A stretch of 64,000 nucleotides of DNA, taken from Antedon mediterranea. Lineage: Eukaryota; Animalia; Echinodermata. This document shows, piece after piece, positions 14,901-29,300 of this stretch. How positions within the stretch are numbered: position 1 is the stretch's first letter; each line of letters starts with the position of its first letter. The notes under the pieces were generated by a model, which saw only the letters and a list, made by a program, of their open reading frames with translations, was not told the origin of the DNA and did not search any database. The stretch lies in assembly GCF_964355755.1 (NCBI RefSeq), contig NC_092672.1, positions 21,341,237-21,405,236 of the forward strand. Reading direction: 5' to 3'. Both the position numbers and the translations under genes were made by a program.

Positions 14901-17900
14901 ACGATTGTTTTTGCTCCATAAATATAATCATGAAATCGTGCACATCCAAATTGGATGGCGGCCATTTCTTTTCTCGATAGGCACGTAATTATTTTCAGCC
15001 TGGTTTAATCTACGGGATGCATGGCTACCGGTTGTCCTGCTTGACAAATCATAGCACCAAAACCTTGGTTGCTTGTGTCTGTTGCCACTCTTACTGACTG
15101 GCTAGCATCATAGTATTTTAATGTTGGCGCTGTTGTGGAGATATATATATGAGTTTCTTAAATGTTTCCTCATGTTGAGATTCTCATGACCAATCAACTT
15201 CTTTTGCAAGAAGTGTGCGAAGTGGGGCTGTCACGTTGGATAAATTAGGGACGAACTTGGCAAGGTATACCATAATTCCCAAAAAGGTTTCCAATTCGTT
15301 TTTTGTTTTGGGTCTGGGCATTTCTGTTAGGGCTCAATCCTGTTAGGGCTCGGTTTTAGGCCTTGGGCTGTAAGTAGGTGTCCCGAATATTCAACGTGAT
15401 CTACACTTACTTCAGATTTAGGGCGATTTAGTTTAAGACCAGATGCACAAACTTTGTCAAAAAATATTTGCAACCTTTCATCGTGTTGCGCATCATTATC
15501 TCCGACTATTAGCATGTCGTCAACGATTTGGCCAATTCCTGGTATATTACCGAACTCCTCTTCCATGGCACGTTGTCAAATTTCTCCTGCGGAGTTTATA
15601 CCAAACGGCATGCGTTTAAACCTATATCTACCCCAAGGGGTGTTAAATGTGATTAGCTTTTCTCATTTAGCATTAACTGCCAGTAGCCATGTCGCGTCAA
15701 ATTTCGAAAAAAATTTAGCATTTGGCATTTTCGCGATTACCGATTCTAGAGTATTCACTGGGTAGTGCTGACGGCGTGTAGCCTTCTTTAGTTCGCGAGG
15801 GTCTAAGCAAATTCGGTGGCGCCAGGATTTCCCCGACGGGGGGGGTGAATTCCCCCACGGGGGCCGTACGCGCGAAAGCGGGGGTGGGTTTGGGAGGGGG
15901 TATTCCTCAGAAAATTTTGAAAAAATAGATGCTTACACACTGTTTAATAGGCTAGAGCAACTGTTTCCATTACATTTAATAACAATGTCACATAATAATG
16001 TAAATTTAAATAATTCCTTCCTAAATACTCTAATACGGATCTTTTTCGATGAACTAATAATAAACTTTGATCGAAAAACACTTCAAACGAAATGAACATT
16101 TGGTAAGGCGGCACTCCGAAAATGCCTCGATAGTGCATGTGTTTAGTGTACGACTGTGCTTTGGTGGTCTGTTAACCTCAGATATATACCCTATAGCCGG
16201 GTGAATAACTCAATGTAATTTAGTATACAATGATGATTGCCGTAATCGCCTTATCTATAACACAAATCAATAAAATGCCAAATACGCCACACGTTTTTTC
16301 GGCCGTGTACATAGAACAAGACATTTCTTGTTTATGTTATGCCTATGAAATAATAATAAAAGAACATCATGTTTATCGTTTTTTTTTATCGTTTATACTG
16401 CATACCATTATATAAAAAACCTTCATACGCGAGAAAAAAGTTCACGATATTACACTCTACTTTGTTCAGAGGTGTAAATATACAGGTCCACGCTAACGCT
16501 TGCACACGGACCAGGGCGGAAAATGGTGTATTTTTGGAGAGTGATGACGTCACACGAGGAGCGAGCTAAGACAACGTGATGCTGGTAGTGGGAGTGCATG
16601 TGTTTTGAAAATAACTCAGTTGTGGGTATTTTCCGAAGATTTTAAATCGCTTTTTCTTTTTAAACTCTTGAATTCATAAATAGTAATTAAACTCTTAGCT
16701 CTTTCAATATGTGGGCCTATATACACAACTATAGCTCTAGCCTACTCTTCTTAATTAAAAGAGTCAAGTGCGTCGAATCCGCGTCTAGCGACGGTCGCGG
16801 GTTGTGTGCATCTTTTTTTTCCCTTTAGAATTAAGGGAGGTGGCTAGCCACCCTATTCACCCCCCTACCCTAGATCGAGATTTATGCGCAAAAAGAAAGG
16901 TGACCAGACCCTATTTTATGGTTCGGGCCAACCGCTTCCTTTTCCCAATCGAACCCCCACCCAAACCCCTTTAATCGACAGCGAACATACGCGGTTCACC
17001 AAGGGTTATTGGTAAATTGAAACAATTCGTAAACTCAACCGTGAGAACATAACTCGTACCTTTATCCCTGTATGAACGTACGTTGATGCGTAGTTGCAAA
17101 TGAATTTTCGATTTTCGCCTGGAATCTGAAAAATACACATTTTGGTCCCTGGATGTAATATGATACATCCCAGATATGTCGACGCGTATACCGCAGTGAG
17201 CCGGCCGGGCCATGAAAGATTCGTACAAAGAGATACCGCCAGAGAAAGTGATTTGGTTTGTTGCATTTTTTTACAGGTTTTCCCGAATGCCGGTCATTTT
17301 CTTGGTGTGTGTGTTCTCCCACACTGACGGCAATCAGTCACAGTTTTCTGCTGTTGCTTTAAAACTTCAATTGTTTTCTCTGTGGACTGGTTTGTAGCAC
17401 CCAATGTCTTTGTTTCACTCAGTTCAGCAGCTTGGCAATACGTGGTTGCCTTTTCAAGTGTTAGTTTAGTATTTTTTAGAAGTCCTTTTCTGACTGTGTT
17501 ATCTCTAATTCCAATGACTATTTGGTCTTTAATGAGGCTGTCATTAGCTCACCAAATTTACATTGTCGTGCTTTTGTCTTTAGATCTGTCAGGAAGTCAT
17601 TGAATTGTTCTTTCTCGCCTTGTTTTCTAGTGAAGAACTTATATCTGTCATATTTTATGTTTTTCAATGGTTGACAGCGCTCCCTAAATTTGTTTATGAC
17701 ACTGGCTCTAACCTGTTTTTATCTGCTTCATATGTGAACGTGAATGAATTATATATAATAATAATACCAGATTTATATAGCGCCCTTTTTCCTTTAGTGG
17801 TTCTGGAGGTCTAATGCTTCAATACATTCGATCCATTTTTGCGGATGTCTATTTTGGGGTTCGATTTTATCCGATTATTTCTGACGCCATGTGATGTTAA

Positions 17901-20900
17901 ATAACGACAGGAGCCATGTTTGTGTACGACTGTTTTTATTATCCCTATAGAGGGCGACAACATCATATGTTGGAGTATGCAGTTCGTGATACATTACACA
18001 TACCATAAAATTGCTAATTTAGAAGCTAAGATACATTCCCTAACCTTAAACAATGGACCAGAACGTAAATCTAGAGGTGACTATTCACCACACCTTCATA
18101 GACGTATAAGCCTAGATATGCACCTGATAGGGCACAACGTAGTACTAGGTCCACTTCGCAAATATGTTCTGTAGCAGATTGTCGTTACTTTGTCATTACT
18201 GTAACAAACCTGATCATAAATGGCGTGAATGTCGTCAACTTTTATATGACAAAGCTAGACCTACAGTAGGCCTCATTGGAATATGCCACAACAGAATTCA
18301 TACTTCCATGGTCAATATCAACCACCTTGTCCTAATTGTCCATACAACAATCAGCCACATTTTTAGATTGGGATGATCTCACTAGAGCCCAGGTGACATC
18401 CATCCCTTATGATAATTTCGTGTCTACACATAACCATGTCGAAGAAAAGTCCAAATGTCTTGGTGATTGCCCATCCGTATTACATTTATATAGTAGAAAT
18501 TATGTTAAAGGTTATTTACCTTCTGGTCAATCTTTACTTCCATTATTTGATATAGGAGCCACCAATTCCCTCATTAGTGGTAGTACCGTATAATGGTTCA
18601 AAATATCTATCTCAATTGCCAGTAAAATCTATACATCCATTAAAATTTAGAATAGGCAACGGACAATATTTACAAGCAGATAGCACAATTAATATAAATA
18701 TTATAATTCAATGCAAAAATGTGTTGGTTAGTGCTGTTATTGTTGATTCCTTATCTGGACCAGATATTTTGTTAGGTAACAGTACTCTTGCAGAACTAAA
18801 CAGTACACTAGATTTTTCCACAAAATTACAATCAAACCCACAAAAGTTCAGTTTTCCCCATATCACAAGGATGTATTAAAACCTGGTGAAACTAAATTGG
18901 TTCAATTTTACGGAAAAGTGCCTTCCATCCTAAAAAATTCCGAGGTTGTATTACTATCTACAAAATATCTCACCAAGGTTAGCCCGAGCAACATGCTAGT
19001 TAAATTGCATAGAGGGAACGCTTCAAATCCCGTTACCAATAACACTACTAAACATATTTTTCTACATAAATGTCGCCGAGTTGCACATTTTAATACTAAA
19101 GACACTATCCACATTTGTCAACAACTACTGTACCTTCAGTTACTGCTTCAGATAATTGTGTGCATGATAAGACTTCAAGGTAAATTGCGAGAAACACAAA
19201 ATAACAACTTGCACAAATATCCTCATCTTCAACCTGACGATTCACGGTTAGATTATACTGATATAGAAATGATTCATAATCAAATTAATCTTAAAGATAG
19301 TGATTTAAATGAAGTAGAAAAAAATGTCTTTAAAATGTTATCTAGAAATATACAAAATCCTTTAGTCTTTATGGTGAATTAGGTACATGTCCTGGTTTCG
19401 AGGTAGACTTCGATCCAACAGATCACACACCGTTTTACATTAGACCTTACCCAGTCACAGAGCAGAACAAGAAGTTGATAGATAAGATAAGATATAATAA
19501 GATTTATAAAGCGCACATATTCACTAAGTGCTCAAGGCAAAAAATACTAACCTTGAAACTAAAAACAACAAAAAATTTTGCAAAAAAAAAAAACGAAAAA
19601 AAGCAGACCAATCGAACCCACATGACTGCTTCTGTTTACTGGCAATTTAATGTGCACGGATCTACCAGTACATTACTCACAGGTGTTCTCAGTAATGTGG
19701 GTATCTAGCTAAACAATAACCTTACACATTTCCAAAGGCAGCTGACAGCAGATGTGTGCGCACTCTTGAACACATCATAGTAGAGGGTATATATGGTTTG
19801 ACCTTGAAAAAATTCTAATAAAAGGTCTTTTGGTATTTTCTTGTAGCTTTAGGTGTCAATAATTACCAAAAAATGTTTGCAGCCTTCTAGTTGCTGCGTT
19901 AGTGAGATATTGAGGGTCAAAGGTCAGTCACCTTTTTGTGGCATTTGATGGCTCATAACTCCTCAACTCCTGGGTTTAAAAAGACAAATGTGGTTTCTAC
20001 ATATATGTTTTAGTGGTCAAACAACAAAATAAAGTTTTTGCAAATTTTGGGTTACTTGTGCCATTGGTCAGATAGTCGGGTCAAAGGTCATTGACATTTA
20101 TTCATTAATAACTACTGCTAGTGTAGGACCTGAGTAAGATTTGTATGCATTCAATTTAGGAGAGAATATCTCAACTGTTATAGGATAATTTGACCCCAAG
20201 GAACAACATGGGATATGTGTCAAATTCGTTATCTGGGGCGAACATGCCCAAAATCGGGGTCAAAGGTTAGAAATGTGTGGTTCTTATATCTCGAAAACCA
20301 CTTGTCATACAGATTTGCTTTTGGTGTCAAATTGTTCAGAATATACATATTTATATTCGGTCTAACATAACTTTTACCCCAAAAAATGACCGGAAATGCT
20401 TTTACTGACCTTTGACCAAAAAACACATTTTCGGGTTAAATATTTAAAATGTCAATGGACACACTGTATGGTATCAAATGAAAGCATATACAATATGCTA
20501 CCCATTGCTACCCAACTTGTATTTAATTATGTGATGTTATTTTTGGAAAATATGCATATTTTATTAAATTTAGACAAAAATGAGTATAAATTAATGTAAG
20601 TTTATTTTAGGTGAAATAATTCTAGCGTTGTCATGAGGTAATTTCCCGTCATGAGGTAATTTCCCGATTGATCGTAATCAAAACGGTACTGGGTTTGGTC
20701 TACTAGCGTTCCTGCTCCCAACCAGTACATCCATTCATAGAAGCCTTAATGAAGTAAGCCTACCTGGTGGTGGCCATAGAACGGTCCCGAGATAACGACT
20801 ATACTTCGGCTTTAGTCGATAGAAGATTGAATAAATTGTTAGAGATAGAGTATACGATGTTATGATTATGTGTAGATATGTGATTTGTTCTTTTTATTCC

Positions 20901-23900
20901 AATGATGTAATGTATTTAATATAGGCCTATTTGTTATATCAATTAATTAAATTATCGTAGATTGCATATTATGCCATGAATATTATTTAATAAATTTTTG
21001 ATATATTATTATTATTATATTAATAAAAAGATATTTGTTAGTATAAATTAAAAAATATAGATATAAGGAAGAAAAGCAAAGAGATTATGGAGCGGCTGTA
21101 CCAGAATATACAACACTAAGTATTGTAAAGTTAATATATTAACAATTTAGGCGATCTTGTCAAAGGTCAAGCGCCTTCAGCCTGCCACGTTTCGATATTC
21201 AATATTGAACTTGACCTGACGTGGTTCCACAATATCTTTATATGAAAATGGTAGAGTGGATAGAAACATAAATTAATTTAAATTTAAAATGTTTACCTTA
21301 AACTGGTTTTGAACTGAATCGGTTGATGTCTTATCGTTGTATGTATGATTTGGTTTGGTTTAAATTATGTTCGATAAAAGTGCGGGAAATTACCTCATGA
21401 CTATCAGTAGACTTGCTAGATATAATATGGGATGGTAATGCGTTCCAGAAACGAGGTGCTGCAACAGCAAATGACCTATCACCCCATGAATGCCTGGACC
21501 TAGGCACAATTAAGCTGTTGCAGACTACTAGACCTGAGATTCCGAGCTTACGCATGCCTGACCAGAAAATCACGGAGGTACAGCGGACCTTCACCATTTA
21601 ATGTCTTGAACGTTATAAGTAAAATCTTTAAAATTATTCTATATGAGACCGGCAGCCAGTGTAGATCTTTCAAAATCAGAGTGATGTGATCAAATTTCCT
21701 TGTTCCAGTTATGATTTGAGCAGATGTATTTTGTAACAGTTGAAGGCGATGTATGGATCCCTTAGGAATACCATAGACGTCACAAATGCATGTATGACTT
21801 GCTCAGTTGCCTCCCTTGAAATATACCTCCTTATCCTTCTAATATTTTGAAGATGATAGGTTGATCTACTGGTTATTCTAAATTTGTCTACTCATGGTCA
21901 TTGATGAGTTAAGCAAGATGCCCAAATTCTTGACATATGGAGCTTGATCAATTTCACACTCTCCGATGCTGAAGCATGAGGTCTTTGCATTTCTTCTTTT
22001 GATGAGGAGATCCAAAAATAACGAATTCCGTCTTGTCATCATTCAGTTTAAGGAAGTTATGAGACATCCAGGTCTTCAGCTCAACAACACAATTTTTAAG
22101 AGTCTCAAACTTAACCCCTACATCCCCAGTTGGCTTAAATGAAATGTAAACCTGGGTGTCATCGGCATATATATGGTAAGACATTTAAAACCTTGAGACA
22201 TTTTCATGAATTGGAAGTAAATATATGCTAAATAACTGGGGTCCTAAAATTTACCCTTGTGGACAGCCAGAATGGTATGAGGAACACCAATCAAGAACCT
22301 TGCCATCCAGCATTATGTAATGCTTAAGTCCCCTTGTCCATTTCTTGTAGGGCATCATTGGAGACACGCAGTAGTGCAGTTTCAACACTATGATGTGGTC
22401 GGTACACTGATTGAAATGGGTCAATGTTTATGATGTTTAAGATGTTTAAAGTTTACTGGTGTTTTAGAGTTCTTTGAACATCTGATTTTCCAAAGCAAAA
22501 TCACATTTTTCAGGGGGATGTCATGTTATTGAAAACAACTCTGATACTGTAACATGCATATCTGAACAACACCCCTGGATGACTAGTTTTGACAGCATAT
22601 TCTTGTCTGACTGACTGACCTTGATGGTGTTTACACGCCTATTTGGGACCCAGACAGTGGCCAGTTTAGTAATAATAATTGTTAAAGACACTCTCATTTA
22701 GGATACTGCAGAGAAAGGAGGTAGACAATAAATAATAATTTCATTATTAATAGTCTGCAGTAGCATCTAATTATAACAATTTGGTTTTTAATTTATACAT
22801 AATTTATACATTCTTAATTTAGGGTCAGCTAGGAATGACTAATTTGGACATGAATTTGTTCTGGATAAGATCCATTTATGAACATACTGTGTCACAACAT
22901 GGTTCTGGAAACACTATTTCAATTGATGGCAAGAACATAGAGTCACCTCCTATCTGTTTGGTTGCAACTCATGTGGACAAGTTGCCAGGGACAGCATCGG
23001 AAAAAGAGGAAGAGGTAAATAGCTATAGTATATTTATATTTGATTTTTTCTTCTCTTAACTTAACTCAACTCTGTTGACATTAGCGCTCTGAGCAACTAA
23101 ATTCAACTAACCTCAACTGACCAACACACACAAATGTAGACAGTTCATTTCAGTTGCCCATGTTCTATTTTTTCTGGAAGTGCAACTAAAAGGTTTGAAT
23201 TGTGTCACACGTGTGGTATGGGTAGAGATCGGTTCAATGTTACCTTATAAGTGCTCACGCATACTAGTTCCTTCCTACACGTGGTAAGGTAAGTTAAGAT
23301 TTTACTTTATCGTTGCTCACAAAAAGGTTGACTGTAGACAACCCATTAACATCAACCCATTAACATCAAAGCATTTTGAGGTCACATGTTTTTACAATCA
23401 ATCAATATATAATATGAACATTTAAAAGTTACATGAATTACAAAGCAAGTGTTATAAATACATATTTTATTGAAGAATCTATATATTAATGCTACTAAAT
23501 TTGTTGCGTAATTTTACGTATCTCCTCCGAAACCACTGAAAAATAGTAATTTGACGAAAAGAAAAGAATGTTAAATCCATGTATAAACTACGCATCCTCT
23601 TTTTTTGTGTACCGCCATGGCCGGATCTACAAACGCATGCCAGGCGACCAAATTAAAACAGTGTTTTTTTTCTCTTTTGTGGCGTTAACCACTATTTATT
23701 CATTTCATTTCATCAACAGATTAATACAATTATTTCTAGTAATAATAATAACTATTCATTGTTATTCTTACTTTTGTTTGGTTTATATATATATATATAT
23801 ATATATTTTATTTTATTTTATCAACGTTACTGTTCTTGGAATCAGAGCATTAATATTTCTTTTCTGTTATCCACCTTTTTTCATAATTTTCTAGTATTTT

Positions 23901-26290
23901 TTTTGTTCTATAATTCTCAACATCTGAAATTGTGAACACTTAACTAATAAATGTACTGTAGGAGATACATTTACTAATGTTGTATAGTTATTTTCGGTAG
24001 TATTTTTGACATATAATTCATTTATACCCTATATACAGATTATATACATTATTTTAAAATACGAATATAAAAAAAAAACAAAAATATTAAAAATGCTTTT
24101 CTTACTCCTGTGTCTAGTTTTATGTCTCATGGTTATATTTGTTTGCTTATCTTCTCGTGCGTTACTTATGTTGCGTTACGTTTCTTTTTTGTTTTCAATA
24201 TTAATTTATAATTTTTTTTTTTTAAATTTATATTTCATATAAGATATAATGAAACTGCCTATGTGTATTATACAACATTATTATGTAATATATTTTAAAT
24301 AATCAGATTCACCTCAATATAAATTATAATAGGTGGTTAAGGTAAGATCTTTTGTTTTTTTCTGCCATAAAAAGACGAGACAATGATCCGGTCCATTTGT
24401 TTACATTTTTCAAAGTATGTGCCTTGTAAACGGAGAAGCATCCAATAGAGAACATGTGGTCTACATATTTGTTTCCTGTACCTAGTACAATGTTTCGATA
24501 ATTGCCTCGATCCCAAATTTGTGCATGGTGTAAATGTTAATATATTCCCATAAGGGTTTTACTTCAGTGCATTCATAAAAGAAATGGGCATCATCCTCTA
24601 CTACGTTGCATTGTAGGCAAGTATCTGTGTTGCTTATTTTCCATTTTAACAGCCTTCTTTTGGTAGGTGTTATACAATGCAATAGTTTGATGTTCAACTG
24701 TTTAAGTTTATTATCTTTAATATCTTTAATTTTTCTTTTCCATGTTAGAGACCAATCGTTCTCCATGTTAAAATATGTTTCCCATTTTGTTTTACTTTTG
24801 GATGGTTCTAGACATTTTTCCTTAATAAAGAAAGAACATATTTGTTTGCTACTCATATTCAAACATCGAACGTGTGTTGTTTTTTAGTGCTTTTGGTTTT
24901 TATCCCTTAAAAAGATTTTCTCTTTCCATTCTTTTGGAATTGCGTTTAATACAATTTGCCATTCAGCAATCCAGTTTGATTTATACCTAAGCATATCAAG
25001 TAATTCATTTGCGTTAATGAACCTATTCTCAATTACAATATCCTTACTATTTCGCACACCTGACCTTATCCAGTTTCTAAAAAATAATGACATGTCATTG
25101 TATAAAATCATTTTGTTATACCAGAGTTGTTGATGCAATATATCATCATAACATAATTGACGTTTAGTCATACCACTATTAAGTTTGACTAAAATACATA
25201 GTATAGATTTATAGAAATCGGGTATGGCTTTAAAAATAGCATTTTTCTTATCAATATATGATATGTTTTCAATAATATCTTTTGGGCCTATTCTATTAAA
25301 ATATGTGTTTGGCAGACATTTCCACTTTGAATCCTCATTGTTATACAATCTTTTAAGCCAAGATATTTTTAAAGATTTAACCTGTGACCTGAAATAAGGC
25401 GCTTTAACACCACCAATTTCATATTCGTTTATATTACATAGCCTATGTAAATACGCGAACGTGATTGGTTGAAACTGCATCACATGACTACCGCTGCGAG
25501 GATCGTAAATCGTATATATCCTCGAGAACGATGATATTGACTGTGTAATTTTCGCGTAATTATCGTGTCCCCTGTCAAGTGGATCAAGTGGAAGTGGATT
25601 AACCATATCAAAGATTTATTATGTAAATTTGATTTAGGAAATAAGTTTAATTTAAATCCGGAAAGTCAATGGTTCAAGAGTTTTACACATGCCAACTCTA
25701 TAGAAAATATCAAGGAATGGTTAGAAGGTGCAAAAACAAAGTCAACCCTCTCCGAATATTTGAAATATAAACATGAACCTAAAGCAGAGACATACATGTT
25801 TGATATGGTGAATTTTGATTCCATTAGTTTAAAGTTTAAAGCGAGGTCTAACTCTCTTGATTTAGAAGGTAGAAAAAATACATGGTCAGAAAATGAGACT
25901 GGTTTTTGCAAGCTATGCAACAATCAGTTAATTGAAACTACAGACCATTTTCTACTTGAATGTTCAAACCTTAAAAATGTAAGAGAAACACATTTTAACT
26001 TACTAAAAATGGATTTATTGTATTGTGGTTATGATACATTCTGGGAGAATTTTAGAAGTGGTACAATCGAATACCAACATCATATTTTACTTGATGACCT
26101 TTATTTAGAATTTCCATTTGAGAGAATCGGTGAAATTGTAGACTATCACTGTAAACAATACTTAACTGCTGCATGGAGACATAGAAAGACTACACTTAAT
26201 ATATAATATATAAATATTTACCGCCCACCATATTATCTACTAACATTATTTTACCATTTATCTAATTCAATAATATATTATATTTTTATA

Positions 26291-26327
<37 letters not shown>

Positions 26328-29300
26328 CTTTCTTCAAAATTATATAATGTAACCTAAATCTAAATAAAATAAATAAATAATACAGTACTAAAAATAAGAC
26401 TAAATAGTATAATAAAAATTGTATCACATTTAATTAAATTACAAATAACTATTAATATTAAATATAATAAGAACAAATAATCATATAAAAGTTGCATTTA
26501 TTTTAATAATAACAGTATAATAAATCAATTAGCAATTATATATATATATATATATTTTTTTTTTTTAGTAATAATAATGATAATATATTCGCTTAAAACT
26601 TGAAAATATTAATAATACTGATAATAAATAGATAATAACATTAACTCCATCATATAGGTTAAGTATTGTTCGATATGTAAGATTACCTTGTTTTTACTAA
26701 TTTCATTTTACTTGTATAATTCGCTTCTTAGTTAAAGTGGAGCTACACTCAGACTTTCTCAGCTTATATTATGTTTAAGTATGTTTAATTGAAAGTGATT
26801 ACATAAAAAAAACAGGGAAAATACGGAAATATTTTCCAAAAACTCATTTATAAAAAATCGGTCAGAAAATAGTGTTTTTTAACAAATTACAGTTTTTCAG
26901 TAACTTAGGGGTTATTAGTTTACAATACGTCGCGAAACGCGTTACACTTAGCGACTGACGCGTTTTAGTCGCTGGTCAACGCATTGTGGAAATGTCTCCC
27001 CTTTGGTAAATTATGTGTCGAAAAATGGGGAATAAATTTTATACACACAATTAATACGATTTGTTTAGGCCTAACTAATATTTCCGATAAGAATGTCAGT
27101 ATAATTTACATGTAACCTCATGATTTTAACTGTACAACAACAGCATCATAATCTTATCAGATTGCTTTTAACTTTAAGCTAGGGCTAGGCCTAGCTAAGC
27201 CGTCTGCTCAGCCTAGCTAGCCTTGAATTTTTGTCTAGAGGCCTATGTATTCATAGACATGGTCGTTTCGCCCCATTTATCGTTCATTAAGAATTGTGGA
27301 ACACAAAATCCTATACAGAACAAGAGTACTAGTAAAGAATAGTAAAGCGATGTGCAAGCTTAGACCTGACTGAAAAGCAACTATTCAGGCACCCTATCAT
27401 GGCCCATGGGTAGGCCAAGGTCGGGTGACAGCAAAACAAACTTCACTGCTGTCAGCCTAGCCTAGCTAGAGGCCAAGCCACTGAGCAGCATCGGTACATA
27501 CCTACACTCTAGTAGTAGGCCTAGGCCTAGCTTTATTGAATATATAGCCACATCTTTCTCAAATCTCGTTAAATTTGACATTTTAGTAATAGTCTCATAA
27601 TCACATTATTACACTGTGAAACATAATAGGGTCACATTCAGAATGTTTTAATATACTTTTCGCCCGTCAAAAATAACATCGCGACAAAATAACAGATCGC
27701 CAGCTGCAGTAGTGTGATTGTGAAAAATGTCACGTGATCGTACTCCCTAGCAAAATGAAAAACCCAATTGGACCCGAACGGGGGAAAGTGTCTATTTACG
27801 CAAAATTGCGCAATGTATACGTGATAAAAATACCAGAAATAGAAAGATCTGGAAAAATTACATAAATATACATTTTACATTTTTTTTTTGGTGAAGAAAT
27901 GAATTTTTTAGGATTATTCAAATATACCCCCCTTTTGCATGTAAAAGAATAGGAAATTACAAGGTATCCCCCCAAAACGCAAAAAGGCGTGATTTTCAAG
28001 AAAATCGTACTCATTGAAAAAAATTTCAAAAAAATATGAAGTATAAGGGATGATATTTTTAAATAATAGTTGAAATGTATGAAAAATAGTAATTTTCTGG
28101 GTGGAGCTCCACTTTAAGACTTAAATGTTATTTTTTGATACTTTTCTTTTTGTTTTTACATTGCCTTGTAAATGAACGCACCGTCTTATAAACGTGTGCC
28201 GCTGATACAAAAGCGTTCGTTCAATAAATTTATCTTATCTTATCTTATCTGTCATTAATCATATAAATTCTCGAGTACGATGATATTGACTGTGTAATTT
28301 TCGTGTGCAACACTCGAGTTTGCCGATAAATAAACAAAAGTAATCTACTCGATCTTGAACTCGGGTGGAATTGTCACTCCATCGCAAGACAACGTTTCAT
28401 CCGCTGGGCCACGGAATTTGCTTGAAGAAATTAATCTTCTAAACTATTTAAGCTATGCATACATAGCGCCCTCATTTGTTATAAGTCCACCCTAAATGTG
28501 ATGAAACACCGTTTGTGATTGGTCAATACTCACGGTAGTAACCTAGTAACTAGTACGCGCTGAACATCCGGTGATTCGGCTCCTCGCGAAGATCGAGAGA
28601 AGACGAATTGTTTATTCGCCGTGGTTAGGATTCCGGCACCGGAACTCAACTGCCCACCGTTAGGGAATCCGACACGCTATTGCGCATGCCCAGAGCTCTG
28701 GGAAGTGAATTATAGCTTGCACTAATAATAGTGCCACACCACGGAGAGTTATAGGGATTTACTGTAGCCTAGATAGTCGTTGCGCGAGCGAGGGAGCGAT
28801 GGATGAAACTTGGCCTATGCCATAAATGAATTAATAATTAAAATATGACTACGCCGCGCGTTAAAATAATTATAATGATATTAATAAGTATCAGTATCTA
28901 TCTAAGAATCGTAATGTTGTTTTTGGCGTTGCGACCCTGACTTCCCGAACAGTTTTTTTCACATCCACGCGGTGGCTGCCGTCAACAAATCAACTTGTGA
29001 TTGCATGTTGTATATGTACAGTATAATGCGTTATGAAAAATCATAAAACTAGTCATGTAATTATATAATTCATAATGATATGAATTTTATATATGAATGA
29101 AGCAACCACTTTTTAATTACAAAATAAATACTATAGGCCCACTGGTCACGTAGTCTAACTGGTAGCCCTAGCCTAGATTAGTGGATCCCATATTAGAAGG
29201 CATCTAGGCTAGTTCGCCGTGTGGCGCAGCTATGAAATAATCCATCGCTGTTGATAAGTATAGAGTCGCCGATTACCTCGCTCTGGGCATGCGCAATAGC

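Larger units (their letters stand above)
13509..17998 (-). mobile_element. Gypsy-type LTR retrotransposon with short LTRs, internally deleted
   Basis: TG..CA LTRs at 13509-13623 and 17890-17998; PBS TGGCGTCAGAA next to the right LTR; PPT ttaaagggagca next to the left LTR; TSD CAGAC/CATAC. Contains RT (RMPFGI, VDDML), RNase H, gag knuckle CKKCNKPNHF and a TTRSGR tail. Confidence 0.85.
12932..19485 (+). mobile_element. Degenerate Gypsy LTR retrotransposon gag-pro-(RT start), interrupted by a nested LTR element
   Basis: gag-like ORFs at 12932-13508 resume at 17999; zinc knuckle CHYCNKPDHKWREC, protease LFDIGATNS, ILLGN, and RT start PFYIRPYPV; many stops and frameshifts. Confidence 0.75.

Noticed and set aside
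27796-28029. Duplicated 77-aa ORF (also 40761-40994)
   Set aside because: Chance ORF inside the two copies of the non-autonomous transposon; no transposase motifs
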